From Phoronis australis (taxonomy: Eukaryota; Animalia; Phoronida), in assembly GCA_002633005.1 (NCBI GenBank), contig NMRA01000003.1:2388124-2452123 (forward strand): a stretch of 64,000 nt of DNA, in the 5' to 3' direction. The notes under the pieces are model-generated. The model worked only from the letters and a program-made list of their open reading frames with translations. It did not search any database and was not told the DNA's origin. The number at the start of each line of letters is the position of its first letter. Position 1 is the first letter of the stretch. Made by a program: the position numbers and the translations under genes. Below are positions 51,900-64,000 of this stretch, in pieces.

Positions 51900-51990
51900 T
51901 ATTTACATTTTGGCGGGAAACCGAGGCTGGTCCGAACCCGCTTCACAAGAGTTTCGGGTCACCGACTTAACCGCTGTGCCACTCAGCAGC
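51900..51990 (-). mobile_element. tRNA-derived SINE head, second family
   Basis: Minus strand: A-box TGGCACAGCGG, B-box GGTTCGGACC; no complete cloverleaf evident. Confidence 0.5.
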
Positions 51991-52647
51991 TAATGTCATC
52001 GAGCATGAATATAGAATACTTAAATGAGCACGCGCAACAATCGCATGTTCAACAAACGGCACTGTACCGGCATTTATACACTATGTAGAATAAGACGCAC
52101 AATTTCAATAAAAACGACATCTTTAAGTTAGTAAATCATCCATCTCCAGTTAGAGTGCAGGTAACATGTCGTCGGGATCCTGTGACTTGGGCATTATACT
52201 CAGTAACCAGTGGTTACCTACTTTAGCAGAAGATATTTTCATGGTGGAAGCTTAGCATAATAAGATGTGTAGTAAGCTAGACTAGTTGCTTAAAAACTTA
52301 TTTTGTAAATCAACCTGATTTCTATTTTGTTTAAATTTGCAATAATATTGGTTTTGAGTAAAAACATTATTTTAACAAGAAGAACTTGGTGTTTCTTAAA
52401 AGGTCATGACCTGTGGCCCTGGGCCTCTGACATAGAAAGTAGTTATAAAAGCCGAGGCCAGTCGAGAAAGGTAGATTGATTGATTGCAATGTTTATCGTT
52501 CAGTATGTGGCATAAAATATTATGATATGTTCTCAGTCGTTGTCCTCCTTATCTAGAGCTCTCGTGGATTTTGGAGGGCCTAATTCTCCAAAATCTACTC
52601 AGGCTCTAGATTTCGGGGATAACAACTTTGTCATGTAATAATCTATA

Positions 52648-54242
52648 CCGTATTCGCTGTAATAACCGCCCATGCCCCTATAAGCGCTCCCCATGCGTTA
52701 TCAGATTTTTCTGAAATAAGTGCCCAGTCCATAAACGTGTATATGCGAACAATGACGTACCTACAGTCCTAAAACTCAGCTACAGTAACGTCTTCAATTT
52801 ATCAAAAAAATTTTGCACGGGTCTTCTAGACCACCAGCGGCACTGCTACTTTTGTATTTAGCCGTGACTTTACACTTCAAAGTAACGCAGCGCTTCAAAA
52901 AGAACGCAACAGCGTTGCTACACTCTCGCGACGGCCGTGTCCCTCTATGGTCTGACCTTTCAGTAGACACATCGCCTGTCTCATGAATAAAAATAACTCG
53001 GTGTTAAACGCACGTGGCCAGGAAGCGCGCGCTACATACATGAACCTGTCATCAAAGACATTAGTCAGGAACTATTCATTCATGAAACGGGTAGCATAGC
53101 ATCGATAAGAAATGAATATTGGCACTAATTTCCGACAATTTCTAATACTATAAAACATGTTTGCGTTATTTTTGAGATGGATTGTTTGATTAACCATAAT
53201 TGGTGTTTTTAAGCCGAATATCCGATAAAATGACAACTGACAGTGAATGCTTACACACCCTTACACCGAAAAATANAAACGGGTAGCATAGCATCGATAA
53301 GAAATGAATATTGGCACTAATTTCCGACAATTTCTAATACTATAAAACATGTTTGCGTTATTTTTGAGATGGATTGTTTGATTAACCATAATTGGTGTTT
53401 TTAAGCCGAATATCCGATAAAATGACAACTGACAGTGAATGCTTACACACCCTTACACCGAAAAATAGTTACGTACGCATCCAGCTACACGGCAACTAAT
53501 ATGGGCCTTACCGAGACAAATGTTGAAAGTTTTTAGCACGAGACTGACAAGTGCTGAATGAAACACGCTCTGGTTTAGGCCTATTGCTTGTGCAAATTTC
53601 TTTAGACACATCTAGCTTGTTAGATTGCGTGGCTCTGGCCAGAACACGGTCTTTGCTTTGGCAAATGAACTCTGGTGACACGCACACGCTCGCTTACTCA
53701 CAGACGATCTTCAAAACAAATGTCATGTGACAACAACATGTGTGTTCGTCTAGACATTTTTCTCGCCGTGTTTCCGATCATACATGTAGATGGCACGATG
53801 TTGCACAGATTTGTACTTAAACCTGCCGTTAATCCAGACTCCACGGGAACTTAAAAAATCTTAGAGACGCTACTTATAAAACTCAATGAGGATTTCAGGT
53901 AATTGGCCTGAGTCAAAACCATTTTTATTCAAGCATTGAAGTCGCCATATCGAAGACGGCGATTTCGAGGCCGTCAGTCGGCGAGTTTTCACCCTGGGAT
54001 TTCAGCACAATTTTCTGTAAAATGATCGTAATTTAGCAGCAAAGTTTGATAGCAATGCACCAAAGTTTTGTTGAAAGTCTTTCATAGATTACATATATGT
54101 CACAGAGCGTAAATTAGATGAATCTTAGCTTCCGATTTCACCCGTTTCGGAGACCGGGTTTCAACCGCCTTGGGTTATAAGAAGCGCCCCCCCTGAACCG
54201 AACTTTTCTAAGCGCTCTGGGCAGTTATTACGGCGAATACGG
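52648..54242. mobile_element. CCGTA-ended Tc1/mariner-superfamily non-autonomous element
   Basis: TIR CCGTATTCGCTGTAATAACCGCCCA / TGGGCAGTTATTACGGCGAATACGG (2 mismatches), TA on both sides; no long ORF. Confidence 0.85.
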
Positions 54243-57200
54243 TATGTCAAATATCCATCTTATCTTCAACTGACTTCGCATTACTGCCTACATATCTTTT
54301 CATCACCAGTGCCTAGTTGGATAGAACAGTCCCAACTACAGACTCAACGAAGTGGAGTTCCCTAAATCCTCAGCGTATTTGTGTCTTTCTTTACTCACAA
54401 GTGATGTGTTTCCATCGTATTGTTTTCTTTATGAGCTCCTCTTTGACTTATGTCATTTTCTAATGAAATTGTTAAAAACTGAGCCTTTATGTCACTGAAA
54501 GTGAATAGGGGTTTAGTCCTTAATTTAAGAAGAACACTGGATGAAAAGATACCTGTTTATTGTCAGTAATGCTGGGAATTCAAAACTGAACTTACTCTGT
54601 CTGTTTCAAAACCATAAACTAAATTAGTGATGAAAATAAAACATCACAAGATTGGGCAATCAGTGTTTTCACAAGTCCACAAATGCAGTGTAAAGTTAGG
54701 CAACAACTGATTCCCTATTTGAGACAGTTCTATGTAACCGGCTTATGTATTAGTTTCTACAGTACAAGACATAAAGTGCTCAGACTAAATACCATTTCCC
54801 AGTCATGTTACCTTATTCTGTTTACAGCAAACCGAGAAGTTATAACTGTCATAATAACTGTTATGACGTCAAAATTCTTGTTAGAAAATGGATTAGTCTT
54901 CTGAGACAATAACTTCTCTGTTAACTCCCCTTCATTCTGGGTTATGAGGGAAGGTTGTTATGACGATGAAAGGGAATTCCGCAGGGTGGTTTCATCTGAA
55001 TACTTATGGCATGTATTGTATTAGGGAAAGAGTTGCAGCCCCAAAGTGGGCCAATAGGGAATCCTTAGAGGATGAGGAATTAATTTTTATAATATACTGT
55101 TCAATTAGATACTCTTGTTAAGATATAAGTTCTCCTTAAGTACATTTGCATGTGCCAGCTGTATATTTACAGGGTTTAAAGTTACATTTACTAGACTTCA
55201 GATTGGGGGTGTAGGTTTATTCCCAAGTGTATTTTGCATCTACATGACAAAACTGTATACTGTTTATAAATAACTACATTCAGGTCTAAACTAAGTCATA
55301 TAAACGGGGTATTATGTTGGTTTATTATAGATTCAGTCCATAAATTTTTTAGCATGCAGCGAGTTTGTTTCTCGCATCATCTGTATTAAAACTACTTAAA
55401 TTTTGAAGCGAATATGAATACCAATATCATCAAGCATTTTTGTAACATTATCTGTGCAGAACTATTGCTAGCTTTTCTCAAAAAGCTTGTGTGGAAATCT
55501 TGGGTGTTTTGCATAATGAAGCATGAGACTTAAATTTTCCAGTTTGAATATGCTATGAATCTTAAACTCGCAGTGCAAGTGATTTGTGGGAAACTGTAAT
55601 GATGCATGATTTCATTATGATGTAATTTTTCTTCATGTATATAATCACAGGAGACCTATTTATCAATTAATGTTTCAAATACTTGACATCAAGTAGTACG
55701 CTGCCAATGGCTTAGTTTCTTTGAATAACCCCGAGAACCTGCAGGGGATATTATTCTTACTAAAATTGATTACCAGGGGCAATTTCTCCCCTCGTTATGT
55801 GTGTAATTGATAAGCTTAAGATCCTTTCTACTGGTACATTATTCATTCATTTCCTGTGAGCCCTTATCTAGCTAAAAGTAGTCCAATGTCAGGGTCATGT
55901 CTGTAAAGGAAGAAATTTATTGCATAGTGTTTTCTAATATTTATTTTGTATACCATAACGTACAGAAGAAACAAATGTAACTATTAACTTTGCAGCTGGG
56001 AGTGTAAATACACAAGCGTATTTTAATAAAGAACATGCACACATCATTCACATCGGAATCGACTATAGTCACACATAGTGACACGTGTAATTATTTGTTT
56101 GTTAGACTAAAAGTCCTTGTACAAAGATTCATCGCTTTCTAATATCTTAGTTTCATAACTTTGTCATTGTGGTGGACATATGATTTGAATCTCTGAGATT
56201 CAACTATGAAAAACTAGCAGGTTACATGAACGTTGCAATGGCAGGTGCCATTGTTTAGATCCCCTTTGAAAAACTATAATATCCTCAGACCTTCACGTTG
56301 AAGCCGCTGTAAATCGGCCACATGCCTCTCTTCCAAAGCAACATCACTGCATTCATATCCTTTGTTTGAAGTGATTGTGGTTTTGGTAAAATCTTTTTGA
56401 TTTCTGTGAAAACTAGTTTCCAAAATTTACCTTCTTTCATTTTTTCAAAAGCTTCTAACATAGTTATTAAAGCTTGTATTTTTTAAAATGTTTTCTAATG
56501 GTAGTTATGAACAAACACTTGAAAATGGTAAAGTACTAGTTCGGTGATATGTATTGTTCATTTAAAAAACACCAAAAAATCCATTTAGTAGCCATGTCGT
56601 GTTCTTCATTGGTGAGATTGACTACCTGGAGTTCCCCTGAGGGTCACACTGGCTTAGCACCTGAAATTAACCTGCTCTGACGGCAAACTACTGGTTTAAA
56701 GCAATAGTGACCAGTCCTTTTCTCTTTAATCATAAAAACAGTTTCCAAAACTGAATAAGGAACAAGACTGATTTTAAACAAAAGTCGTCGATGACAGAAA
56801 ACATGGGGTTGGGAGAGGTGGGGGTGTATTGATTGATCAGTCAATTTTCAATTTATTTTAGTACTTTAGCTTATACGTAAGTAAGGCTGTACTGTGGTCT
56901 CTCTATGACTTTGTAATTTATGTAACCTGCAGTAAATTCCCTAGCAATAATTGCCAATTGATTTTTTTATTTTTCAAGTGCTCTAATCACCGTCTGAGTG
57001 TAGCTGAAAAATGAAGTATTTACCTTTGAGTTGATTATAGTTTATGAAAAAATATGACCTAAAGTTTGTGACATTGAACCACATTCAGTATGGTAAATTT
57101 GAAGTCGTGATCATCATTTGTTTGCTTCAACAAAGAGTGCAAGACTTCTAAGCTTAAAAATCTCATTGAAGATTTTACCCCAGTGAATACAATACAAGTG

Positions 57201-58949
57201 CAAGGAACTATAGGCATTTTTTTCAGAGCCCGTTTGCGTTTAGTGTTTTATACAGTGTCGTGGGCTATCCCATAAAAAGCCAGATTGACTGTCTAACCTA
57301 CTGCTTGAAAAAATAATATCGCCATCTTCGGTCTTTTCTTGTGACTTTGTAATCTTTTTGTCACGAAGTATTGCTGATAAATCATTTTTGTAAGCTATTT
57401 CTAGCCCACGATTTTCCCCATGCCATCAATGTTATCTTGTGGTATGATGTGAAATTTCCTCCTAGCTCAGGTGTATTTATTTCTAAGCTTATGTGTTGTT
57501 TTTGTTCTGTGTCTTTTAAGCTGTGTAATACATTGACTTCATTAAACATGGGTGGATGCTCCTAAAAACACTTAATACAGCAATATCTCTATAGATATCG
57601 ATCCAAACTGCATATAATACACACCACTATGTTTGTCTCAATCAGATGAATCTTTTAATATGAACCACGTGTACATTCTTTTATTTTCTACAAAATTAGG
57701 TAGAAAGGCAGATATTTTACGCAGAATCGTCGCGTTTCATCGGCCATTTTCTCTGTAAGTGCTCACCCAATTTTTATGATTTTTGCACCATTGTATTGCT
57801 CTCACTAAGGGGTTTTCAAAAATATATAACACATGGGCATTGAAAATTAAAAAAAAAAAAAACGTCCTCCCTACTAATAGAGAGCTGCGATAAGCTGCTA
57901 GGTGTGCTTTTACTCAATGTGTTTGGTTTTTAGGACATTGCCTAAGGCGGTAAACGTAAAAACAAAGAATTTTCTATGCATAAGAATTGGCCTACAAACG
58001 AAAGTTGAAAACTTATTCTCTCTTTTGTTAATTAAGTGACTGACATTATGTCACTTTAGCACCTTGAGAATCCAGATTTGAAATCAAGTGTCGCTTGTAA
58101 TTAATCAGTTTTGACTTTCGGCCATGATAACAACTTCAATTTCAATTTGAGTTTTATTTTAAAGCATTTGGCAAACTCAAGAGTTAGGCGATTAGGTGTG
58201 TACAGTCATTGAGTTTTTAAACAATATTAAAGAGGTGAAGTTCATGTGCCTGTAGATTGTGGAGTCTTGTAAAAGATTTATAGAGGAAGCATGAAATTGA
58301 AGTTCTGAATGACCCTCTTTTCATTTACTACCTATGTTAGTTACATGTACTTTTTACCACTGTTTCTGGGCGTCTCCCATTACAAACAGTTTGAACCATT
58401 TTCAAGTATGACATTGCTAGCTAGCAAGAAGGATACACCTACATGAATTAGAATTGGATCCAACTACTAGTGAGCTGTTAGTTGCAATTTTAATGATTGA
58501 TTGACAATTGTCCTATTGTATCCCCTATAACAGCTAAACCCTGTGAAGGTTTGCCTACAATTTGCAGGATGTGTTTCCCTCCAAACTATTCTTGGTACAG
58601 CTGTCATGTGCCCACATACACTTGTGTGAGCTCTGGTATTACTCATCTGTCTGGTCACCAGGCATCTGCCCCCATGTGCCATATACTGTGTGAGGGGTCT
58701 TCAGGAAGTTTAGGAGACATGTTTTTATCTGGCAGATGTGCCCCATCAATGTTTGAAGGACTCCTGCTAAAGCTTTACATCCTGTTGTCAGTTTGATATC
58801 TTTGTGTTTGTTTTTATATCTCATCTGCCAAGAGATTAGGCCCATCTTTTTAAATCTTGGTATATGTGTTTTTATCTAGGAAAAGGTGTTATATTGTGCA
58901 TCTTCCTGTTGCAATTTTAGTGTTTTGTTGGTCATTTTTGGCACCAACT

Positions 58950-59535
58950 TCTGCATCTGATTAATGGTGATAAGGATCATGGTGAAATATGGGGAAAGTG
59001 TTCTTAATTACAAGACTGTGGTTGACATCAATTTTCAGTGGATCAGAGTAACACCATGCCCCATAAGTGGCAGATCGTAGAGAGCATGACTAATGTTGAT
59101 TTTCAGACAAGTCAAACTACTGCTATGCCTCCAAGTGACACATATTTTTTTTTGAGCCTGGCTCAATATCTACCAAGATCTTTAAAGAATCGTCGGGGAA
59201 ATTTGGTATGGTCAAATTTCTCCAATTTATGGCACAATATGCTGACAGTGAAATTTCATTTTCTTATTCTCCTTAAAAGATGACTAGCACCAGATGAATG
59301 GCTTACCACATTCAAGTTTTGTACCATAGTTCCAAGTCCAGACAATATTTTGAAAATTTGGCCATTCTCAACTATGTTAGAACCCCTTCAAAAAAAAAGC
59401 AATTTGGTTATTTGTTTTTACCCTAAATTGGCAAGATTTTACTGTAGCAATGAATCTGTTAATGAGTGCAAAGCATATGATGATTTTCAGACAGATTCGA
59501 CGAATGCCATGCCCTCTTTTGGCATTTTTATCTTT
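58950..59535 (+). repeat. Old diverged HINE family A subunits; further fragment at ~60380-60475
   Basis: GATTTTCAGACA...ACTACTGCTATGCCTCCAAGTGAC, CATGCCCCATAAGTGGCAG and GACTACTGCTGTGCCCCCTAGTGCC match the subunit pattern. Confidence 0.55.
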
Positions 59536-61053
59536 GAGTTTTATGTTACCTCACAGCGCTCTCATAGTGGGGACAAAGATGCTGCAAGTGTCAACACCAT
59601 GACGCTGAGAATTTCTGGTATAGACACCACATACGCCCACCAATCATGGGCTTATGAACCTTTAAACTGGAGAGGAGAATGGTGCCTTTGCCAAACGTTA
59701 TCTTCTGCTGCGCCAGAATAGTGTTGGGGGAACTCATTATTTTCCCTCACTGTGTTCAGTAGGCATGGAAGTTAAAAAATTGAGGCTTACTGATCAGTTT
59801 CACGGCCATCTTCAACACACGTTGCCTTCATGCAGCTGTTAAATAAATTGTAGAAATATCTTTTCCTTTGTACACTATATCACAGCTTAATTCAACAGTA
59901 CTTACATGTAGCAACAATTCTTCTTTCCTAATTTCTCTTCGTTTCATTTCATGTGTTAGAGGAAAAAACATTGACTTAAATGTCCATTTTAAGAACATAC
60001 CTGGTTTTTAAATTTGTATGCTGTCATGTCATAGTATTTGCAATAAGGCAGTGTGTGATTGTGTTAGATTTCTGAGTGATAATGCCTGTGGTTGAACTAA
60101 GGCATTGTCGATAATGTATTGGGATAATGTATTGGGTATCTGCAACCAAGTCCTGTAGTGATACTCAAGGAAATTTGACTGATGTGTTTCTATAAAGAAG
60201 AAGACAGCACCTGCTCAGCTTTGCACAGCATGTTCTGTATCCCCCAGTGGCAACTGCAGTGTTTTGAATCCCAATTCTTGCCAGCTGCCCTTCAATGTGC
60301 CAAACTGAAGAATCCTCTTCACAACCATTTGAAGAATTGTTGTGAATGTGAGGAATGTTTTTGTTTGTGGAAACCAATTGGCATTGATTTTAGACAATTT
60401 GACTACTGCTGTGCCCCCTAGTGCCAGTTTTAGTTTTTTTGCAGTTGCCTTAATATTCTTCATGAAATTTTCCGGTAGCTTACAAGATTTGCCAATGTTT
60501 AGATAATTAGCACTGTAACCAGCACATCTGATTTTAAGTTCACTAGGCAAATATGCCCTTGAGGAAAGTTGTGGAGCCACCAGAACACAGTAATAAACTT
60601 GACCAAAAAAGCAAGGGGATGTTCAAGTAAAACGATAAATTCTGTATCGCAAACAAAGGAGGAGAGAAGCGGTGATGAAGTTTAGTAACTTGATCTCTAC
60701 CCCCATTGGTCTACAGAAATGAGTCTTCTATTTTTCTGGTGATATTTGTTCGCTGCTTTGGCTTAAAGAGGAGTCTAGACCTCCTGAACCCTCTCCTGGA
60801 TCAGCCTATGGCCATGATATATTGGCTCAAATACATGAGAAATTTTTTTCTTGAATGTGAGATATTCAGTGCTAAGTTCTGTAGCTATAAGACACTCCCG
60901 GGGTAAACTCATATTATGATCACATGCATCGCTTGTAATACATGGCGATATCTTCCAAAGACTTGCATGTTCTTGACTGTGTTTTTGTCAATTTCTTCCA
61001 TCCACGGCACTCATTCCAGATATCAGTTCTTGTAATATTTACTGTGTTTTCAG

Positions 61054-61255
61054 ATGACTGAGGCAACTAGAGAGAAGGAGATTGGTAACCAGTACTTCAC
61101 TCAAGGCAGCTATGAGGACGCCCTGGTCCACTACACCAAGGCCATTGACCTGAGCTCTCCCAAGGAGAAGGACAGTGCTGTATTCTACAAGAACAGAGCT
61201 GCTTGCTATCTCAAGTTGGGCAAGAATAAAGAGGCGGCGGCTGATGCCTCTAAAG
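61054..61255 (+). CDS. unc45: Coding exon for the N-terminal TPR domain of an UNC-45 myosin chaperone homolog (gene continues beyond window)
   Basis: MTEATREKEIGNQYFTQGSYEDALVHYTKAIDLSSPKEKDSAVFYKNRAACYLKLGKNKEAAADASK: TPR1-TPR2 with carboxylate-clamp K..GN and the YKNRAA.YLKL motif typical of invertebrate UNC-45; acceptor TGTGTTTTCAG directly before ATG; donor AAAG|GTAGT at 61256 (phase 1); GC-richer than flanks. The ORF-track tail after 61255 is intronic. Confidence 0.82.
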
Positions 61256-63933
61256 GTAGTGGCATTGAAGTGTTGGGCACCTGCTTCAGTCTCACTGTCT
61301 CTGAAAGCCTAACAAACGCCTATCAGTTTTCATAAGTTTTGGAGTTGCTTGTGTGTAGCACTCAGACGGCGAACCTCTGCAAACACATTGCAGTTTCTGA
61401 GCATCTTTGTTTTTTTTCCATCTAACTGGTGGACATATTTTTTATCACCAATCACATGGTTATTGTTTTGTTACAATTGCGTACCTGATAACAACACAGT
61501 TATTATGTTATTATTTGTTAAACAATTCATTAGTGGGGTTGGATGATCTGTATATCTTACACGAAAAATAAGTACGTTTTCCACCACAAACTTTGGTAAG
61601 TTTCTGGTTTTAAAAAAGTTTTTATGTACATATGTATTATCATTGATAAACAAGTATAAAAACACAAACTAAAAACATCCATTCATACACGCATGCACAC
61701 CTCAGGAAAGACCATTCTCGTATAAAGTAAACAACTGCTACATGGAGTAAAATTTTCCCATTTCCCAGGAAAGCTGTCATACAGAATTTTTTATACGCAG
61801 TTAATTTTTCAGCATTATAGTACTCATGAGTATATGAACTAACAAACTTTAATGTGAATATTAGGTATATTTGTGTGACATCCCTCCTTGTAAATAATAT
61901 ACTGTTTGGCTAGTAATAGCAAAATAGAAAATCATGTTCCTCAAGGTATAAAAAGCAAATTGAAACTTGCGTAGTTTGCGTCATGCCACATCAATTCCAG
62001 AATTTCAGATATTCTTAATTTTGCAGTCTGTGGGACTGCCAGTAATGCCTATTTCTAGAATTTGGTACTAGCTCTGACCTTCAGCAAATTAATTAGTTTT
62101 TCACTGTAACAATTTGGAGAATGGTTGCCCTAGAGTTACATGACTTGAGTGCTCTTGCTGAAGGATAGTACAGGTTGTACACAGCTATAACACATGAGTA
62201 CAGGTTGGATTAAACAGCCTTATGAAACCAATGTCGTGCTCTATGCAAACCTCATGAACACTACTTATGAAAATTAACACTTCTGTGGACTGGTACTCGT
62301 GGGGCCTCTTTGACAACTCTTTTCCACATCAACACTGAGTTTTAATTTATGCAACCAGTGTGTTATTGAAAAAGAATCTTTATTTTTTAGCACTTAGTAA
62401 TCACCATGCAGTAATAGAAAGCATGTTTAAGAACATAAGTTGGCGTGCATTTTGCATATCAAAATGTAGTTGCTATGCCCGACAATGTACAGTGTTGCAG
62501 CTTTAAGAGCAAAACACCAGGCTTGTGTTTCCCTATTCGGAAGTGAGGCTTGGCAGTATGGTATTACCTGTCAGTTTGTGGCTGACAAACAAACTTGACT
62601 CATCTGATAATGGAGATTGGAATTTCATTTCATGCTAAAACTAATTACTGAACATGAAAATTGTACCAGGCATAGGATTTTTTTGGCTTGTGAAATGTGA
62701 ACTTTGTTATTCTTATGAATTAGACTGGGACTGGACAATAAATCAGTTGTTGTTTGGCGAACTTTGACAGGGTGTTTTTTATTGGCTACGAAATGCAAAA
62801 TCTGCTCTGAAACAATGCACCAAGAAACAATAAGTTTTACCCGGCAACGTGCTGTTTCGGGTAAAATGGCGACTTGGAAATGAAGGTGTGTCAAGAATGC
62901 TGCATTCTGATTGGTCAGTTAAGCCATCGCTCAAAATCCTGGTGATTGGTCAATTTGGGATGACCAGTTAACTGCCTTTTTATAAGATTTGGTACAAACT
63001 CCCAGCCTTGAGCAAAATAATTAAAATTTACTGTCGCTAATTAGAGAATTTTCACTGTAGCCTTTGATTAGTTTGCAGTTTCGTTTGGTTAAGCGTTTTT
63101 AAAGACAACAGTGAATGCAGTTAAACTCAGTACTTCATACAAATCACATCTCCAATTTTGATATGAGTGAATATGAGATAAGCCTACATATTTTGACTAA
63201 GTCGTACGGCAGTGTACTTCCACTTGTCAGTTAATTCAGTCGGTATTGCCGCACAAGTGTTCAATCTGTTGAAGGAAGGATTTATTCCTGCATCATTCGC
63301 CACATGCACATTGGGGACATAAACTATTTAAGGAAACTATCGTGTTGTGCAGGGGATTAGCGTTATCTTCATGGCAAGAAAATACTGGCTGAAATGAATT
63401 GAAATGCCAAGGAAATTAGTAATTTTTAAAATGTTTGGCTTTTGGAATTGAAAAGTTAGTGTAGAATCCTTTCACAGGAGAAATGTGATAAAAATTAGCC
63501 ATAACGCTCCGATGGGTTTTCACACGTTGAGGACACTCTTGAGTGTTTACATCATTGTATTCATTCAGCATGGGAGATAATTGGTGTTTGGATCGTGACA
63601 TTGGACAAAAAACTGAGCCAGGGGATTAACAAAAGTAAGATTGATACCAGACCTTTGAGGGTATGGTCTGTTATATGGACTAAAGTGAAGCTAGTTGTAA
63701 TGCATTCAATATACATGAAGTGCTTAAAGGTTTTGCTGTCTTATCTTAGCCAAGTTTTTTGCATACTCATCATTCTATCAACACAATGCGTCACCAAGGT
63801 AATTACCCAAAACATCTGTCCAACATTTCTCTCAGGTTTTCATAAGAAGAACAGTGAAATGACTTTCTGACTATTTCTTCAGTCAAGCATAGCTTGCAGT
63901 ACCTCTGTTCTTTTGGGACACCATGTTCATGCC

Positions 63934-64000
63934 TTTTTATGCGCCCACATATTTATATGTGGACGCATTATGCCGTCATCTCCGTCCGTCCGTCCGTCCG
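63934..64000 (+). mobile_element. 5' end of HINE family A, copy running off the window (probably in an unc-45 intron)
   Basis: TTTTTATGCGCCCACATATTTATATGTGGACGCATTATGCCGTCATCTCCGTCCGTCC, essentially identical to 1915-1973. Confidence 0.85.

Noticed and set aside
58467-58845. Overlapping Cys-rich ORFs (also 60165-60580)
   Set aside because: No recognisable motif or consistent splice signals; cannot be supported without a search
61256-61335. C-terminal 26 aa of the 93-aa ORF
   Set aside because: Read-through past the GT donor into intron; TPR similarity stops at ASK

Overview
AT-rich, repeat-dense genomic DNA from an invertebrate animal (repeat style suggests a lophotrochozoan such as a mollusc; inference only), from a draft scaffold with one 308-N gap and three single-N joins. 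It is almost all intronic or intergenic. The only convincing host coding sequence is one spliced exon (61054-61255, +) encoding the N-terminal TPR region of an UNC-45-like myosin chaperone. Nearly all other ORF-track entries look spurious. The rest is transposon material: two families of non-autonomous Helentron/HINE-like elements, CCGTA-ended TA-flanked MITEs, hAT and PIF/Harbinger-like MITEs, decayed hAT and Tc1/mariner transposases, a 5'-truncated L1/Tx1-type LINE, tRNA-derived SINEs and minisatellites. Most notable: HINE family A repeats a CTCF-like motif in nearly every ~150-bp subunit; HINE family B carries clustered YY1/ETS/NRF1-like motifs; a CpG-richer candidate promoter lies at ~23.3-23.7 kb; and an apparent heterozygous MITE insertion is visible at an assembly join. 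I see no prokaryotic-type system and no clearly new multi-gene system. All motif and family calls were made by eye and need database or PWM confirmation.
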